Shown: in pieces, positions 61,194 to 64,000 of the stretch | How positions within the stretch are numbered: the stretch's first letter is position 1 | How the letters are laid out: each line of letters starts with the position of its first letter | DNA from: an uncultured delta proteobacterium | GTDB lineage: Bacteria > Myxococcota_A > Polyangia > Haliangiales > Haliangiaceae | NCBI GenBank assembly: GCA_963743525.1 | Contig: CAVUQH010000005.1 | Location: forward strand, 64,001-128,000 | DNA length: 64,000 bases | Direction of reading: 5' to 3' | Position numbers and translations under genes: made by a program | Notes under the pieces: model-generated | The model's database searches: none | Seen by the model: the letters and a program-made list of their open reading frames with translations, nothing else | What the model was told of the DNA's origin: nothing

Positions 61194-64000
61194 TGAATTC
61201 TCAGCCATAGCTTGCGCGATGCCGTCGGCTCGTAGGATAGCTCTACTCCCTGACCGGACGCGTCGAAGTCACTCGAGAAGTCGACCTTTCGCGCCGAGTC
61301 ACCCGAGCCGATGTGCGCCACCCCGGTCGCGGTAACGTCTGCAGAGCTGGCACCACCACCGATACCGGTGATGTACACCGGTGAGCTCGAGCCGTCGAGT
61401 TTGTAGCGAGTCAGCTGGCCGGTGCCCGTGGTCGTGCCGTAGGACGACGCGTTGACGTCACCCGAGTCGGTGGTCACGAACAGCTCGTTGCCGGAGATGA
61501 CTGCCTGGCTGTAGGCCCGCTGGCCCACCCCCAGGCTGATGACGAACAGCCGCTCGCCGCCGTAGTCGGTGCCGGTGTCGCCCATCGTCGCCACGGCGAC
61601 CGGAGCGTCGAGGTCGACGGCCACCGCGTACTGCTCGACCGTGGACGGCGCCCACGACGAGTTGACCGGGTCGGCATAGCCACCGGAGACCACCAGCGCC
61701 GCGTACTTGCCGGTCGACTGGTCGACGAAGATGGTCGGCGACGCGCCGATCGGGTGGAAGTCGCTGTCGAAGCTGAACAGCGGCGTGTCGGTGCCGTAGC
61801 GGCTGGTGCCGTCGGTGGCGTCGAGGACGAACAGATCGCCGTATAGATCGGTCACGGCGATGTCGGTGATCGTACTGCTGTTGTTCTTGTCGAAGGCGGC
61901 GACGCCGCCGGGGATGCCGGTGGCCGGCACCGGCGGGTTGTTGCTGCTGTCGCGCGCGGACGGGTACAGGTGCTCGAACGGCGTGCTCCAGATCGCCTCG
62001 CCGGTGGCGCTGTTGTAGGCCTGCACGCGGATGCCGGCGCCGCCGGTGCCGCCGTTGTTGGTCGACACGAAGGTGGCGTAGATGATGTCGGAGCCGACCT
62101 TGACCGGCCCCATCGCCAGGCCGATGCCGACGCCTTGCTCGACGCTGCCGCGGGTGGACGGCGTCTTGACCTCCCACAGGATCTGCGGATCCTCGGGGGC
62201 GGTGACGTCCAGCGCGATGACGCCCGGCTCGTTGTCGGCGAAGCCGGGGTCGCCCGAGCCGGTCTGGAAGGTGACGATGGTGCGCCACTCCTTGCTGCCG
62301 CTGCCGGAGAAGTCGGCGAAGACGTCGGCGACCTTGGGCGAGCCGTCGATGCGCTGGGTGTTGGTCGACACGCGCGGCAGCTGGTTGCGCGGCAGGTAGG
62401 CCCACAGCTCCTGGCCCTTGGCCTGACACGGGCCCAGGACCTCGGCGCAGAAGGCGTGAATCATGCCGTCGAGAGCGCCGACGTAGATCATCGTCGGCCG
62501 CAGCTTGCCGGCCAGCGGGCTCGACTCGATGACCGCCATGGTCAACCGGTCGACGCCGCCGAGCTTGGGCTCGTAGTTGCCGTTGGAATCCTTGCGTCCG
62601 GCCAGGACCCGCGAGATCAGCGTCTCGGCCTCGGTGTCGGTGAGCGTGGGCCCCATCAGCGGCTTCAGCTGATCGACGTTGCCGGTGGTCAAGCATGATG
62701 CGGTCGGGATTCTGGCCGTCGGTGATGTTGGTGAACACCGTGCGGCAGCCGTAGGCGAAGGTCGACGCGCAGCCGGCCGGGTCGGCCGGCGGGATGCCGT
62801 CGGCGGCGTCGAAGTAGACGCCACCCAGCTGGTCGAACGCAGTGTCGCTGCTGGAGATCTGCGAGGTGTCGACCGCGCGCAGGTGGCCCAGCGTGTACGG
62901 GAACTCGAAGGTCGAGTCACTGGCCGTGCCGGTATAGCTGGGCACCGCGGGCGGCGGGTCGTACAGCTCGTAGGTGCCCTGGTACTGGGCCTCGACGCCG
63001 CCCACGGTAGCCACGATCGGCGACGACCGCGACACCTCGGTGGTGGTGTAGGTACCCTGCGAGACCGTCGCCACCGGCAGCGCGATCAGCGCGTTGAGGA
63101 TCATGCGCAGCTGCGACGGGTTGTTGTTGACCTGGTTGCCGCCCATGTAGAAGGCGATGCCGTCTTCCGGGTCGCTGTCGTGGCGGACGTAGGTCGCGGT
63201 GTCGAGGACGTCGGCGGTCGAGCTCTGGGCGAAGATGTCGCACGACGAGTCCGACTTGTGGTTGGTGCACAGGGTGTTGCCGCTGCCACTGGCGTCCTCG
63301 GTGACCAGGCGCATCAGCGTGCCGCTGGCGCCGGTGTGCACCGGGTCGTAGCCGGTGGCGCCGTTGGTCCAGTAGTACCAGCTGGCCGCGCCGCCCTGGG
63401 CGAACTCGGTGGGGATGTCGCCCCACTGCATGAACACGCTGCTGGGATAGCGGAGGATGAGCGGCTCGGACACCGCGCTGGTCGACGTGACCAGGCCGGC
63501 GCCGGAGTTCTTGAGGCCCTGGTACTGCAGGTTGGCGCAGCCCTCGACCACACCCACTGCCTTCTCCATGAACAGCACGTGGCCACCGGCGCGAACGCCG
63601 GGCTGGTGGGTCATGAACTCGTCGAGCTTCTGGTCCTGCGTGGTCTCGGCAACGGTGCCGCACGGTGAGTTGTCCGACCAGTTGTCGATCCAGGCCCAGC
63701 CGAAGTTGCCGTTGACCAGCGCGCCGGACTGGATGTCCGACTCGGTGATGTCGCAGTAGACCGCGTCCGACGGGGTGAAGGTGCCGGTCTTGCACGCGGG
63801 CGAGTCGGCCGGCGAGTCGAGCTTGGCCATCTTCAGCCAAATCGCCGACACGCCTGCGGGCGACTGCCGGGCCACGCGCGGCGGGGTGTAGTCGATGCGC
63901 ACCGCCACCGGCAGAGTGCCGCTGTGTGGCACGCTGTAGCTGGGCGCGGTGGTGGTGAAGTCCTGATAGGCGAACGTCGCGCCGTTCTGCACCTCGTACA
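61190..64000 (-). CDS. PilY1-like adhesin (start lies beyond the window); +1 frameshift at ~62692
   Basis: IYVGALDGMIHAF, QELWAYLP, IDGSPKVADV, IALDVT; ORFs 61458..63992 and 61190..62920 join. Confidence 0.82.

Overview
High-GC bacterial chromosomal window that looks myxobacterial, judging from gene content (Cys-rich lipoproteins, ECF/anti-sigma cassettes, receiver-DUF4388-J fusion, PilY1/minor pilin cluster); this is an inference. Contents in order: end of the spc operon and the alpha ribosomal operon (map, rpmJ, rpsM, rpsK, rpsD, rpoA, rplQ); secreted lipoproteins; galU-egtD-priA-(receiver/J-domain)-fmt-rsmB-rpe; a receiver-XRE regulator behind tRNA-Pro(CGG); a three-gene cluster encoding a cNMP-like/4x[4Fe-4S]/di-heme-b membrane fusion, a ~30-heme cytochrome c and a beta-barrel protein (candidate trans-envelope electron conduit, the top finding); a MoxR-DUF58-VWA operon; two ECF sigma/anti-sigma cassettes; an ArnT-like glycosyltransferase; a structured 158-nt element, a (GCGGGC)n tract and an HNH nuclease gene; tldD/tldE; aminotransferase, glycerate kinase, prmC, receiver-PilZ, NBD-only Hsp70; and a type IV minor pilin cluster with two PilY1-like adhesins. 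Eight genes are interrupted. Five of the nine lesions, plus several missense changes at conserved residues, fall on corrupted GTCGAC hexamers, suggesting methylation-linked sequence errors rather than true pseudogenes. All calls come from motif recognition by eye; no database searches were run.
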